Source: Betaproteobacteria bacterium
GTDB taxonomy: Bacteria; Pseudomonadota; Gammaproteobacteria; Burkholderiales; SG8-39
Length of the DNA stretch: 38,753 nucleotides
Assembly (NCBI GenBank): GCA_025358705.1
Contig: JANYII010000309.1
Location: 1-38,753 of the forward strand
Direction of reading: 5' to 3'
Part shown: positions 8,643 to 20,346 of the stretch, piece by piece
Numbering within the stretch: position 1 is the first letter of the stretch
How the letters are laid out: each line of letters opens with the position of its first letter
Translations under genes and position numbers: made by a program
The notes under the pieces: generated by a model
The model's input: the letters and a program-made list of their open reading frames with translations, nothing else
Told to the model about the DNA's origin: nothing
Databases searched by the model: none

Positions 8643-9704
8643 ATGAAAAATCCTTACAATATCCTCATCTTCGGTGCTTCCTACGGCTCTTTGCTCGCAA
8701 CCAAGCTGCTGCTTGGCGGGCACAACGTAAGAATGGTCTGCACACCGGCCGAAGCCGAGTTGTTCAACCGCGAAGGCGCGATCGTTCGCATGCCGGTCAA
8801 AGGCCGCGACGGTCTGGTCGAGATCCATTCGCGCAAGCTGCCCGGCAAGCTCACCGCCTGCACGCCGGCCGACGCGAGTCCCGAAGGCCACGACCTTGTG
8901 GTTCTCGGCATGCAGGAGCCGCAGTACCGCTCGCCGGGCGTGCGCGAGCTGCTGGCGGCGGTGGCAAAGGCAAAACTGCCTTGCATGTCGATCATGAACA
9001 TACCGCCGTTGCCCTATCTCGCGCGCCTTCCCGGAATTGATCCGAGCTCTTGCAGGGTTTGCTACACCGATGCCACGGTATGGGACGGATTTGATTCGAA
9101 ATTGATGACGTTGTGCAGCCCGGACCCGCAGGCGTTCCGGCCGCCGGAGGAAAAAGTGAATGTGCTGCAGGTACGCCTGCCAACGAACTTCAAGTCGGCG
9201 CGCTTTCCTTCGGATGCGCATACCGCGATCCTGCGACGGCTTGAAGCCGACATCCAGGCCGCGCGCTTCGACGGCATGGAATTGCCCGTCAAATTGAAAG
9301 TGTACGACTCGGTGTTCGTACCGTTGGCGAAATGGTCCATGCTGCTCGCCGGCAACTATCGCTGCATCCAGAAGGACGGCATCCGCCCGATCAAGGATGC
9401 GGTGCACTCCGACCTGGAGACCTCGCGCTCGGTCTACAGCTGGGTAGCGAAGTTGTGCGTTTCTCTTGGCGCGGACGAAAAAGACCTGGTGCCGTTCGAA
9501 AAGTATGCAGCGGCGGCGCAGTCGCTGGTCACGCCTTCTTCGGCGGCGCGAGCCGTCGCCGGCGGCGCGCTCAGCATAGAACGCACCGACCGCCTGGTGA
9601 AGGCGATCGGAGAGCAGAAGGGAATGCGTTCACCGAAGGTGGACGAAATCGTGGCAATCGTGGACGCCCGGCTGGAAGCCAACTACCAGGCAAACAAGAA
9701 ATAG
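8643..9704 (+). CDS. Uncharacterised Rossmann-fold protein resembling ketopantoate reductases
   Basis: 353 aa with normal codon bias. N-terminal beta-alpha-beta ILIFGASYGSLLATKLLLGGHNVRMV, then DLVVLGMQ, MSIMN and a helical C-terminal half starting near LAKWSML, a PanE/ApbA-like layout. The coding call is firm; the function is inference. Confidence 0.75.
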   Translation: MKNPYNILIFGASYGSLLATKLLLGGHNVRMVCTPAEAELFNREGAIVRMPVKGRDGLVEIHSRKLPGKLTACTPADASPEGHDLVVLGMQEPQYRSPGVRELLAAVAKAKLPCMSIMNIPPLPYLARLPGIDPSSCRVCYTDATVWDGFDSKLMTLCSPDPQAFRPPEEKVNVLQVRLPTNFKSARFPSDAHTAILRRLEADIQAARFDGMELPVKLKVYDSVFVPLAKWSMLLAGNYRCIQKDGIRPIKDAVHSDLETSRSVYSWVAKLCVSLGADEKDLVPFEKYAAAAQSLVTPSSAARAVAGGALSIERTDRLVKAIGEQKGMRSPKVDEIVAIVDARLEANYQANKK

Positions 9705-9705
9705 C

Positions 9706-11105
<1,400 letters not shown>

Positions 11106-11109
<4 letters not shown>

Positions 11110-12173
11110 GTCAACGGCAGCAATAATGTGAATATCGTTCTTCCCGGGCGGCTGTCGAATTCGACGACACCGCCATGATTTTGTACGTAGGTCTGCACCA
11201 GCGCGAGGCCAATGCCGCTGCCGCCCTCCCGTCCGGAAACGAGCGGATTGAAGACGCGGTCGCGGATTTCCTCGGGCACGCCAGGCCCGTCGTCTATCAC
11301 TTGCAATTCCAATGCCAGCTTGTGGCGCTGCCGGGCAATTGTCACAAGGCGGGCCGAACGGGTGCGCAGGACGATGGTCCCGCCACGGCCGCTGTTCGCC
11401 CCGGAAAGGAGCGCCTGGGCGGCATTCCGGACCACGTTCAGGACGGCCTGGATAAGCTGCTCGATATCGCCGACGAGGTCCGGGACGCTTGGGTCGTAGT
11501 TGCGCAGTACGGAGATGCCTTCCGGAAATTCGGCCTGGACCAGGCTTCGGACGCGCTCCAGAACTTCGTGGATATTCACCGCCGCCAGCTGCACCGCACG
11601 CCGCGGCGTCAACAGGCGGTCAAGCAGCACCTGCAGCCGGTCAGCCTCCTTGATGATGACCTGGGTGTATTCCCGCAATTCGGGCCGGTCGAGCTCACGC
11701 TCGAGCAACTGCGCCGATCCGCGCAGCCCGCCGAGCGGGTTTTTGATCTCGTGCGCAAGATTGCGCAGCAGTTCCCGCGTGGTCTCCTGCTGGTCAAGCA
11801 GGCGCTCTTCCCGCTCCTGCCGCAACTGCTCCTGGATCGGCCGCAATTCCACCAGCAGGGGCGCATCCGGGATATCGATCGGTGCCACAAGGCAGGAGAG
11901 CGGCAATGGCTCGCGCCCCGCGCGCTCGTAGCTGGCGGCCTGCGCGCGGTAGCTCCAGTGCACGGCAAGAGCCTCTGCCAACATGCTTTCGAGCGTCGCG
12001 CTATCGGTAAAAAGGGCCGGAAATGGCTGGCCAACGAGCGACCTGGCGCCCGCGCCGAGCAGATTCTCGGCCGCCGAATTCGTGTAGCGCACCACGTAGC
12101 TGCCGTCCAGAATCACGACGGCGGTGGCGAGGAGCTCCAGGCCCTGAAGCCCATTGGGTTGTGCTTCGGCCAT
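11106..12173 (-). CDS. ntrB: Nitrogen regulation histidine kinase NR(II)
   Basis: PAS-like N-terminus, H-box LAHEIKNPLGG, N-box NVVRNA, DDGPG, GSGIGL; ATGA overlap with ntrC. Confidence 0.95.
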
Positions 12174-12178
12174 TGGCC

Positions 12179-12655
12179 TCAGCGCGACAGGTTGCTGAGC
12201 TCGCGCTTCAGAGCTTCGACGTTTTTCTCGTGGACCTCGACCGTGTCCTGGTACGGTTTCAGCCGCTCGAGCACCCTGGCGTAGTTCTTCTCATCGCCGC
12301 CGCGCGTCGCTTCCTGTTCGGAGAGCTTTTTCCGGGCGTCGGCCAGCATCGACTGCTCCTGGTCCAGTTCCTTCTCGATCGTGTCCTTCTGCTTTGCCTT
12401 GGAGGACTGGCGGTCGGAGGCAGACTCCTTGGGAAATCCTGACGGAGACTTTGCCGCGGACTTGGCCGGCACTACCGTGACGCGCTGCTGCTGCACGATG
12501 CGGCAGTCCTTGCCGACGGTGTCTTCCTTGAGGTTGGTCACGTGGGTGCGGCCATTGGTGTCCTTGCAGCTCCAGATGGTCTCCACCTGGGCAATTGCAG
12601 GACCGGCCAAGACCACGCCGAGCATCAGGACTAGCGCTGCACTGATCCGTGACAT
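12179..12655 (-). CDS. Exported DUF4124-like protein with C-terminal coiled coil (158 aa)
   Basis: Start corrected to ATG 12655; the upstream part of the track ORF overlaps glnA out of frame. Signal peptide, IWSCKDTNGRTHVTN...C, GFPKES, charged helical tail. Confidence 0.8.
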   Translation of the reverse strand: MSRISAALVLMLGVVLAGPAIAQVETIWSCKDTNGRTHVTNLKEDTVGKDCRIVQQQRVTVVPAKSAAKSPSGFPKESASDRQSSKAKQKDTIEKELDQEQSMLADARKKLSEQEATRGGDEKNYARVLERLKPYQDTVEVHEKNVEALKRELSNLSR

Positions 12656-12686
12656 GGACAAGAAGACGCCTGAAATCAAGAACCTA

Positions 12687-12715
12687 AGTCTATGCCACAA
12701 ATAGAGGTTTCTCAA
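12687..12715 (-). promoter_or_regulatory. Internal sigma70-type promoter for DUF4124-ntrB-ntrC (TTGAGA-N17-TAGACT)
   Basis: Near-consensus hexamers with a 17-bp spacer, just downstream of the glnA terminator. Confidence 0.65.
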
Positions 12716-12725
12716 TCCGTCCTCC

Positions 12726-12771
12726 AAAATAGAAAGGACGGGCCACGCAGCATGCACGGTGACCCGTCCTT
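12726..12771 (-). terminator. Intrinsic terminator of glnA
   Basis: Minus-strand stem AAGGACGGGTCAC/GTGGCCCGTCCTT (one G-U pair) followed by TCTATTTT. Confidence 0.7.
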
Positions 12772-12798
12772 CCCTTAACGCGCGAACTACAGACCCGG

Positions 12799-14214
12799 CT
12801 AGGAGCTGTAGTACATGTCGAACTCCACCGGATGGGTGGTCATGCGGAAACGCGTCACTTCGTCCGATTTCAGCGCGATGTAGGACTCGAGGAAATCCTC
12901 GTCGAACACGCCGCCCTTGGTAAGGAAGGCATGATCCTTCTTCAGGTTCTCGAGCGCCTCGTCCAGCGATGAACAGACCTGCGGCACCTTGCCAGCCTCT
13001 TCGGGCGGCAGGTGATACAGGTCTTTGTCGATCGGGTCGCCAGGGTGGATCTTGTTCTGCACGCCGTCCAGACCCGCCATCAGCATCGCCGAGAACGCCA
13101 GATAGGCATTCGCGGTCGGATCTGGGAAGCGTACCTCGACGCGACGCGCCTTGGGGCTCGCCACGTAAGGAATGCGGCAGGAAGCGGAGCGATTTTTCGC
13201 AGAGTAAGCAAGATTGATCGGCGCCTCGAAGCCCGGCACCAGGCGCTTGTAGGAATTGGTGCCCGGGTTTGTGATTGCGTTCAGCGCCTTGGCATGCTTG
13301 ATGATGCCGCCGATGTAGAACAGCGCGAAATCCGACAGGCCGGCATAGAGATTGCCCGCGAACAGGTTGTTGCCGCCCTTCCACACCGACTGGTGCACGT
13401 GCATGCCTGAACCGTTGTCGCCCACGATCGGCTTGGGCATGAAGGTCGCGGTCTTGCCATACGAGGCGGCGACGTTCCAGACCGTGTACTTGAGGATCTG
13501 CAGCCAGTCGGCACGCTGCACCAGCGGCGCGAACTTTGTGCCGATCTCGCACTGGCCCGCTGCGGCAACTTCATGGTGATGCACTTCCACTTCCACGCCC
13601 TGCTGTTCGAGCGCGATGCACATCGCGTTGCGGATGTCCTGCAGCGTATCGGCCGGCGGCACGGGGAAATAACCGCCCTTCACCGGCGCGCGGTGCGCCA
13701 TGTTGCCCGACTCGTATTCGATCCCCGTGGACCAGGGCGCTTCCTCGGACTTGATCTTCACCGAAGCGCCTGACATGTCGATGTTCCAGGTGACGCCGTC
13801 GAAAATGAAGAACTCGGGTTCCGGGCCGAAGTAGGCCACGTCGCCGAGGCCGGACGACTTGAGGTAGGCCTCCGCGCGCTTCGCGATGCCGCGCGGGCAG
13901 CGGTTGTAGGGCTTGCCGTCCGTGGGCTCGACCACGTCGCAATTGATGTTGAGCACCGCTTCGTCCGTGAACGGATCCATGCGCGCGGTAACGGCATCCG
14001 GATACAGCAGCATGTCGGAAGCCTGGATGCCCTTCCAGCCGGCGATCGACGAGCCGTCGAATGCGTGCCCGTCGGTGAATTTTTCCTTGTTGAACTGCTT
14101 GGCAGGCACCGAAACGTGCTGTTCCTTGCCGCGCGTGTCGGTGAAGCGGATGTCGACGAACTTCACCTCCTTGTCCTTGATCATCTTCAATACGTCATCG
14201 GGCGTCATCGCCAT
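12799..14214 (-). CDS. glnA: Glutamine synthetase type I
   Basis: [50 protein letters not shown], adenylylation-site region DLYHLPPEE. Start at ATG 14214 after AGGAG. Confidence 0.98.
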   Translation of the reverse strand: MAMTPDDVLKMIKDKEVKFVDIRFTDTRGKEQHVSVPAKQFNKEKFTDGHAFDGSSIAGWKGIQASDMLLYPDAVTARMDPFTDEAVLNINCDVVEPTDGKPYNRCPRGIAKRAEAYLKSSGLGDVAYFGPEPEFFIFDGVTWNIDMSGASVKIKSEEAPWSTGIEYESGNMAHRAPVKGGYFPVPPADTLQDIRNAMCIALEQQGVEVEVHHHEVAAAGQCEIGTKFAPLVQRADWLQILKYTVWNVAASYGKTATFMPKPIVGDNGSGMHVHQSVWKGGNNLFAGNLYAGLSDFALFYIGGIIKHAKALNAITNPGTNSYKRLVPGFEAPINLAYSAKNRSASCRIPYVASPKARRVEVRFPDPTANAYLAFSAMLMAGLDGVQNKIHPGDPIDKDLYHLPPEEAGKVPQVCSSLDEALENLKKDHAFLTKGGVFDEDFLESYIALKSDEVTRFRMTTHPVEFDMYYSS

Positions 14215-14279
14215 TGCATTTCTCCTAAGCGGGTAAAAGAAGGACGGGCTGGGCATACCGGCCCGGACTCGCCTAACTG

Positions 14280-14296
14280 AGCAGAATCCATGCCAA
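14280..14296 (-). promoter_or_regulatory. sigma54 (-24/-12) promoter of glnA
   Basis: Minus strand TTGGCATGGATTCTGCT has the exact GG-N10-GC spacing and lies 65 nt upstream of the start codon. Confidence 0.85.
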
Positions 14297-14357
14297 ACGA
14301 CCTCACCATGGCCAGCCCCTCCTCTGGCCAAGTTGGTGCGATTCTACCCGACGAAAT

Positions 14358-14374
14358 TGCGCCTATATGGTGCA
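14358..14374. promoter_or_regulatory. NtrC binding site 1
   Basis: TGCGC-CTATATG-GTGCA against the consensus TGCAC-N7-GTGCA. Confidence 0.85.
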
Positions 14375-14388
14375 CAACCGAGTCGATT

Positions 14389-14405
14389 TGCACTTTTTTG
14401 GTGCG
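14389..14405. promoter_or_regulatory. NtrC binding site 2
   Basis: TGCAC-TTTTTTG-GTGCG, 31 bp (about three helical turns) from site 1: a classic tandem enhancer. Confidence 0.85.
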
Positions 14406-14426
14406 AATCGTTTCGGAACCTATAAT
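14398..14426 (+). promoter_or_regulatory. sigma70-type promoter of the rhodanese gene (TTGGTG-N17-TATAAT)
   Basis: Perfect TATAAT at 14421-14426, 7 nt before ATG 14434. Confidence 0.55.
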
Positions 14427-14433
14427 TGACCCG

Positions 14434-14871
14434 ATGGACGACATAAAGACGAAAGCCCGGGAACGCGGCCAGAAACTGAAGCTCGCCTATGCGGGGGCGC
14501 TGCTCCCCGCGGAAGCGCATGCGCTGATGCTGGCGGGGGCGAAGCTGGTCGATGTTCGGACGGATGCTGAACTGCACTTCGTCGGATCGGTGCCCGGTGC
14601 CGAAGCCATCGAGTGGAATACCTATCCTGAAGGGCAGCGCAATCCGGCGTTCCTGGAACAGCTGGCGGAAGCCGCGCGCAAGGACGAGCCCGTGATGTTT
14701 CTGTGCCGCTCGGGCGTGCGCTCGCACCACGCCGCGATTGCGGCTACCGAGGCAGGCTGGACTGATGCCTACAACATTCTCGAAGGCTTTGAAGGCGACA
14801 AGGATGCGACAGGCCATCGCAACGTGGCCGGCGGCTGGCGCAAAACCGGCCTGCCCTGGGCGCAAAGTTAG
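14434..14871 (+). CDS. Single-domain rhodanese-like sulfurtransferase
   Basis: LVDVRT.AE, active-site loop CRSGVRS, YNILEGFEG, GW..GLPW. Start moved to ATG 14434 because the longer ORF runs across the glnA promoter. Confidence 0.9.
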   Translation: MDDIKTKARERGQKLKLAYAGALLPAEAHALMLAGAKLVDVRTDAELHFVGSVPGAEAIEWNTYPEGQRNPAFLEQLAEAARKDEPVMFLCRSGVRSHHAAIAATEAGWTDAYNILEGFEGDKDATGHRNVAGGWRKTGLPWAQS

Positions 14872-14878
14872 ATGTGGG

Positions 14879-14907
14879 AACAGGGGAGCCTGAGCTCCCC
14901 TGTTTTT
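14879..14907 (+). terminator. Intrinsic terminator between the convergent rhodanese and uppP genes (possibly bidirectional)
   Basis: Perfect 11-bp stem AACAGGGGAGC/GCTCCCCTGTT, 4-nt loop, T-run on the + strand. Confidence 0.8.
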
Positions 14908-15700
14908 AATTCTTCCAGTCCACCCAGCCGAAGTGGGCTGTGAGCAGCACGATCAAGCCAAAGACGATCCGGTACCAGGCGAACGGCTTGAAGTCGTGCG
15001 TCGCGACATAGCGGATCAGCCAACGCACCACGACGAAGGCGGAAACAAAAGCGGCAACTGAACCAACGCCGAACATCGGCAGATCGTTGGCCGAGAAAAG
15101 CGCGCGGTGTTTCAGCAGGTCGTAGCCGCCCGCTGCCACCAGCGTGGGCACCGCGAGGAAGAACGAGAACTCGGTGGCCGCCTTGCGCGACAAGCCGAAC
15201 AGCATCCCGCCGATGATCGTCGCCCCCGAGCGCGATGTTCCCGGGATCAGCGCGAGGCATTGCGCGAACCCGACTTTCAGGGCATCGAGCCACGTCATCT
15301 CCGAGACTGATTCCACGCGGGAACGTGCGCGCGGTTTTCTCTCGACCAGGAGGATGATGATGCCGCCAGCGATGAAGGCCAGGGCAACCGGCACGGCATG
15401 GAACAGATACCCCTTTATGATCTTCGAGAAGAGCAGGCCGAAAACCGCCGCAGGAATAAAGGCGACCAGCAGGTTGCGATAAAGCGCGATATCGATCCTG
15501 AAAAAACGCGCCCGGTACTCCCACACGATGGCGAGCATCGCGCCGGTCTGGATCACGATGTTGAACACGCTCCAGCGCTCGTCGTTCGCGCCGAGCAGGT
15601 CGCCGACCAGGATTAGGTGGCCGGTGCTGGAGATCGGCAAAAACTCGGTGACTCCTTCGACGATCCCGAGGATCAGTGCATACAGCAAGTTCGTATCCAT
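14906..15700 (-). CDS. uppP: Undecaprenyl-diphosphate phosphatase
   Basis: [49 protein letters not shown]. Confidence 0.97.
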   Translation of the reverse strand: MDTNLLYALILGIVEGVTEFLPISSTGHLILVGDLLGANDERWSVFNIVIQTGAMLAIVWEYRARFFRIDIALYRNLLVAFIPAAVFGLLFSKIIKGYLFHAVPVALAFIAGGIIILLVERKPRARSRVESVSEMTWLDALKVGFAQCLALIPGTSRSGATIIGGMLFGLSRKAATEFSFFLAVPTLVAAGGYDLLKHRALFSANDLPMFGVGSVAAFVSAFVVVRWLIRYVATHDFKPFAWYRIVFGLIVLLTAHFGWVDWKN

Positions 15701-15705
15701 GCCGG

Positions 15706-18455
<2,750 letters not shown>

Positions 18456-18476
18456 AGGGGCAAGATTCTGCGCCCC

Positions 18477-18505
18477 TTGACGATTTGGCATCGCAGCATT
18501 ATATT
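18477..18505 (+). promoter_or_regulatory. sigma70 promoter of the TetR-RND operon (TTGACG-N17-TATATT)
   Basis: Both hexamers match consensus at 5 of 6 positions, 17-bp spacer. Confidence 0.7.
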
Positions 18506-18525
18506 ACCGGCCGGTCAGTTAATAT
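18501..18525. promoter_or_regulatory. Putative TetR operator
   Basis: ATATTACCGGCCGGTCAGTTAATAT contains the perfect palindrome ACCGGCCGGT (18506-18515) with ATATTA/TAATAT flanks, over the predicted transcription start. Confidence 0.55.
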
Positions 18526-18533
18526 TTTTCCGC

Positions 18534-19169
18534 ATGCCTGCTCCTGCCAAATCCGAGCCGCGCTGGGCGCGTCGCAAGCACGCCCGGCCGGAAGAAATCA
18601 CCGCCGCCGCACTCGAGCTGTTCGTCGAGCGGGGCTATGCCGGCACGCGCCTCGAAGATGTCGCGGCAAACGCCGGCATCTCCAAAGGCACGCTCTATCT
18701 GTATTTCGCCAATAAGGAAGAGTTGTTCAAGGCGGTGGTGCGCGAGGGCCTGGTGTCGCCGATCGCCGAAATGCGTGGCCTGATCGGGCACTTCGAAGGC
18801 AGCACGCTCGAGCTGGTGCGCATGATGCTGTTCGGCTGGTGGGAACGGATCGGCGTCTCGCGCATCGGCGGAATTCCCAAACTGGTTATCTCGGAAGCGG
18901 GCAATTTTCCGGAATTGGCGCGCTTCTATCTGGCCGAAGTGGTCGAGCCGGCGCAGGCCGCCACCGTTGCCATCGTCGAGCGCGGCATCGCGCGCGGCGA
19001 ATTCCGCGCCGTAAACGTCGATGTCGTTGCGCGCCTGATAGCGGCGCCCATGCTCGGCTTGCTGATGTGGCGCAATGCGCTCGAACCGTTTTCGAAATCC
19101 AAGCTGGACCCGCTCGCATACCTGGAGACGCACCTCGACATGCTGCGACACGGCCTTGCCAAGGAATGA
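18534..19169 (+). CDS. TetR/AcrR family transcriptional regulator
   Basis: HTH ITAAALELFVERGY.GTRLEDVA..AGISKGTLYLYF.NKEELF. Start moved to ATG 18534. Confidence 0.93.
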   Translation: MPAPAKSEPRWARRKHARPEEITAAALELFVERGYAGTRLEDVAANAGISKGTLYLYFANKEELFKAVVREGLVSPIAEMRGLIGHFEGSTLELVRMMLFGWWERIGVSRIGGIPKLVISEAGNFPELARFYLAEVVEPAQAATVAIVERGIARGEFRAVNVDVVARLIAAPMLGLLMWRNALEPFSKSKLDPLAYLETHLDMLRHGLAKE

Positions 19170-19173
19170 AGCC

Positions 19174-20334
19174 ATGAATATTTTCCAGCGCAGCACGCGC
19201 CGATCGATGTTCATGATCGCGGTGGTTGTCTTCGTCCTGCTCGCAGTATCCGCGGTCGCCCTGCGCGGCCAGCAGAACGCCGTCGATGTCGCGGCGAGCG
19301 CGAAGAGCGCGGTTCCGGTGGCCGAATTCCTGCAGGAGGATCTCTATATCGTCGAGCCGCGCAATCTGGACCGCGTGCTACCCCTTACCGGCTCGCTGAT
19401 GCCGCTGAACGAGGCGACCGTCAAGGCCAAGGTCGCGGGCGAACTGGTTGCGGTCACGGTGCGCGAAGGCGAAAGCGTGAAGCAGGGCCAGCTGCTGGCC
19501 AGGATCGACCCCACCGAGGTGCAGGCCAGGGTCGCCGCACGCGAAGCGGATGTCGCTGCCGCGAAAGCACAATTAATATGGGCGGAGAAAAACCGCAATC
19601 AGCAGAAAGCCCTGCTCGACAAGTCGTTCATCTCGCAGAGCGCCTTCGACAATATCCAGAGCAATTTCGATGTGGCGGTGGCCAAGCTGCACGCGGCCGA
19701 TGCCGAACTGGTGGTGGCTCGCAAGTCCCAGGGCGACGCGGTGCTGGTCGCGCCATTCTCCGGCATCGTCTCGGCGCGCCTCGCCCAACCCGGCGAGCGC
19801 GTCGCGCTGGACGCCAAGGTGGTGAGCATCGTCGACCTGTCGCGCCTGCAGCTCGAGGCCTCGGTGCCGCCGTCCGCAATCGGCCAGGTCCGGGTCGGGC
19901 AAACGATGAATTTCCGCGTCGAAGGCTTCGGCGAGCGCGAGTTCGCCGGACGCATCGAACGCATCAACCCGTCAGCCACCGCGGGCTCGCGCTCTATCAG
20001 CGTCTACGCGGTGATCGACAACCGCGAAGGCCTGCTGCGCGGCGGTATGTTCGCGCAGGGCGCGCTGACGCTGTCGCGCGTCGACAATGCCCTCGCGGTG
20101 CCGGCATCGGCGGTGCGCGAGGAAATCGGCCAGACTTTCGTCTACGCCATCGAAGACGGATTGATCAAGCGGAAAAACGTTAAGGTGGGCGCGCCCGATG
20201 CCGCGGGCCGCGTACAGGTGCTGGATGGCCTTGTCGGGGGCGACCGCATCGTGCGCGTGAACCTCGGATCGTTGCGCGAGGGCGTGGCCGCAAGACTTTC
20301 TGGTCCACAGTCTTCTGAAGCAGCAAAGAAATAG
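19174..20334 (+). CDS. RND efflux periplasmic adaptor (membrane fusion protein)
   Basis: N-terminal anchor, lipoyl-like halves VKAKVAG..V.V.EGESVKQGQLLARID and APFSGIVS, LRGGMFA. ATG 19174 follows AAGGA. Confidence 0.92.
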   Translation: MNIFQRSTRRSMFMIAVVVFVLLAVSAVALRGQQNAVDVAASAKSAVPVAEFLQEDLYIVEPRNLDRVLPLTGSLMPLNEATVKAKVAGELVAVTVREGESVKQGQLLARIDPTEVQARVAAREADVAAAKAQLIWAEKNRNQQKALLDKSFISQSAFDNIQSNFDVAVAKLHAADAELVVARKSQGDAVLVAPFSGIVSARLAQPGERVALDAKVVSIVDLSRLQLEASVPPSAIGQVRVGQTMNFRVEGFGEREFAGRIERINPSATAGSRSISVYAVIDNREGLLRGGMFAQGALTLSRVDNALAVPASAVREEIGQTFVYAIEDGLIKRKNVKVGAPDAAGRVQVLDGLVGGDRIVRVNLGSLREGVAARLSGPQSSEAAKK

Positions 20335-20346
20335 CGCCGCCTCGTC

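Noticed and set aside
12656-13552. N-terminal 300 aa of the 457-aa track ORF
   Set aside because: Out-of-frame overlap with glnA that crosses a terminator and a promoter; the real gene starts at 12655 with a signal peptide.
14324-14340. Third NtrC site (CTGGCCAAGTTGGTGCG)
   Set aside because: Only the right half matches the consensus; too weak to call.
14290-14433. N-terminal extension of the rhodanese ORF
   Set aside because: It overlaps the sigma54 promoter and both NtrC sites; the domain begins at 14434.
18485-18500. TTGGCA as a sigma54 promoter for tetR
   Set aside because: No GC at the required GG-N10-GC position, and a good sigma70 promoter explains the region.
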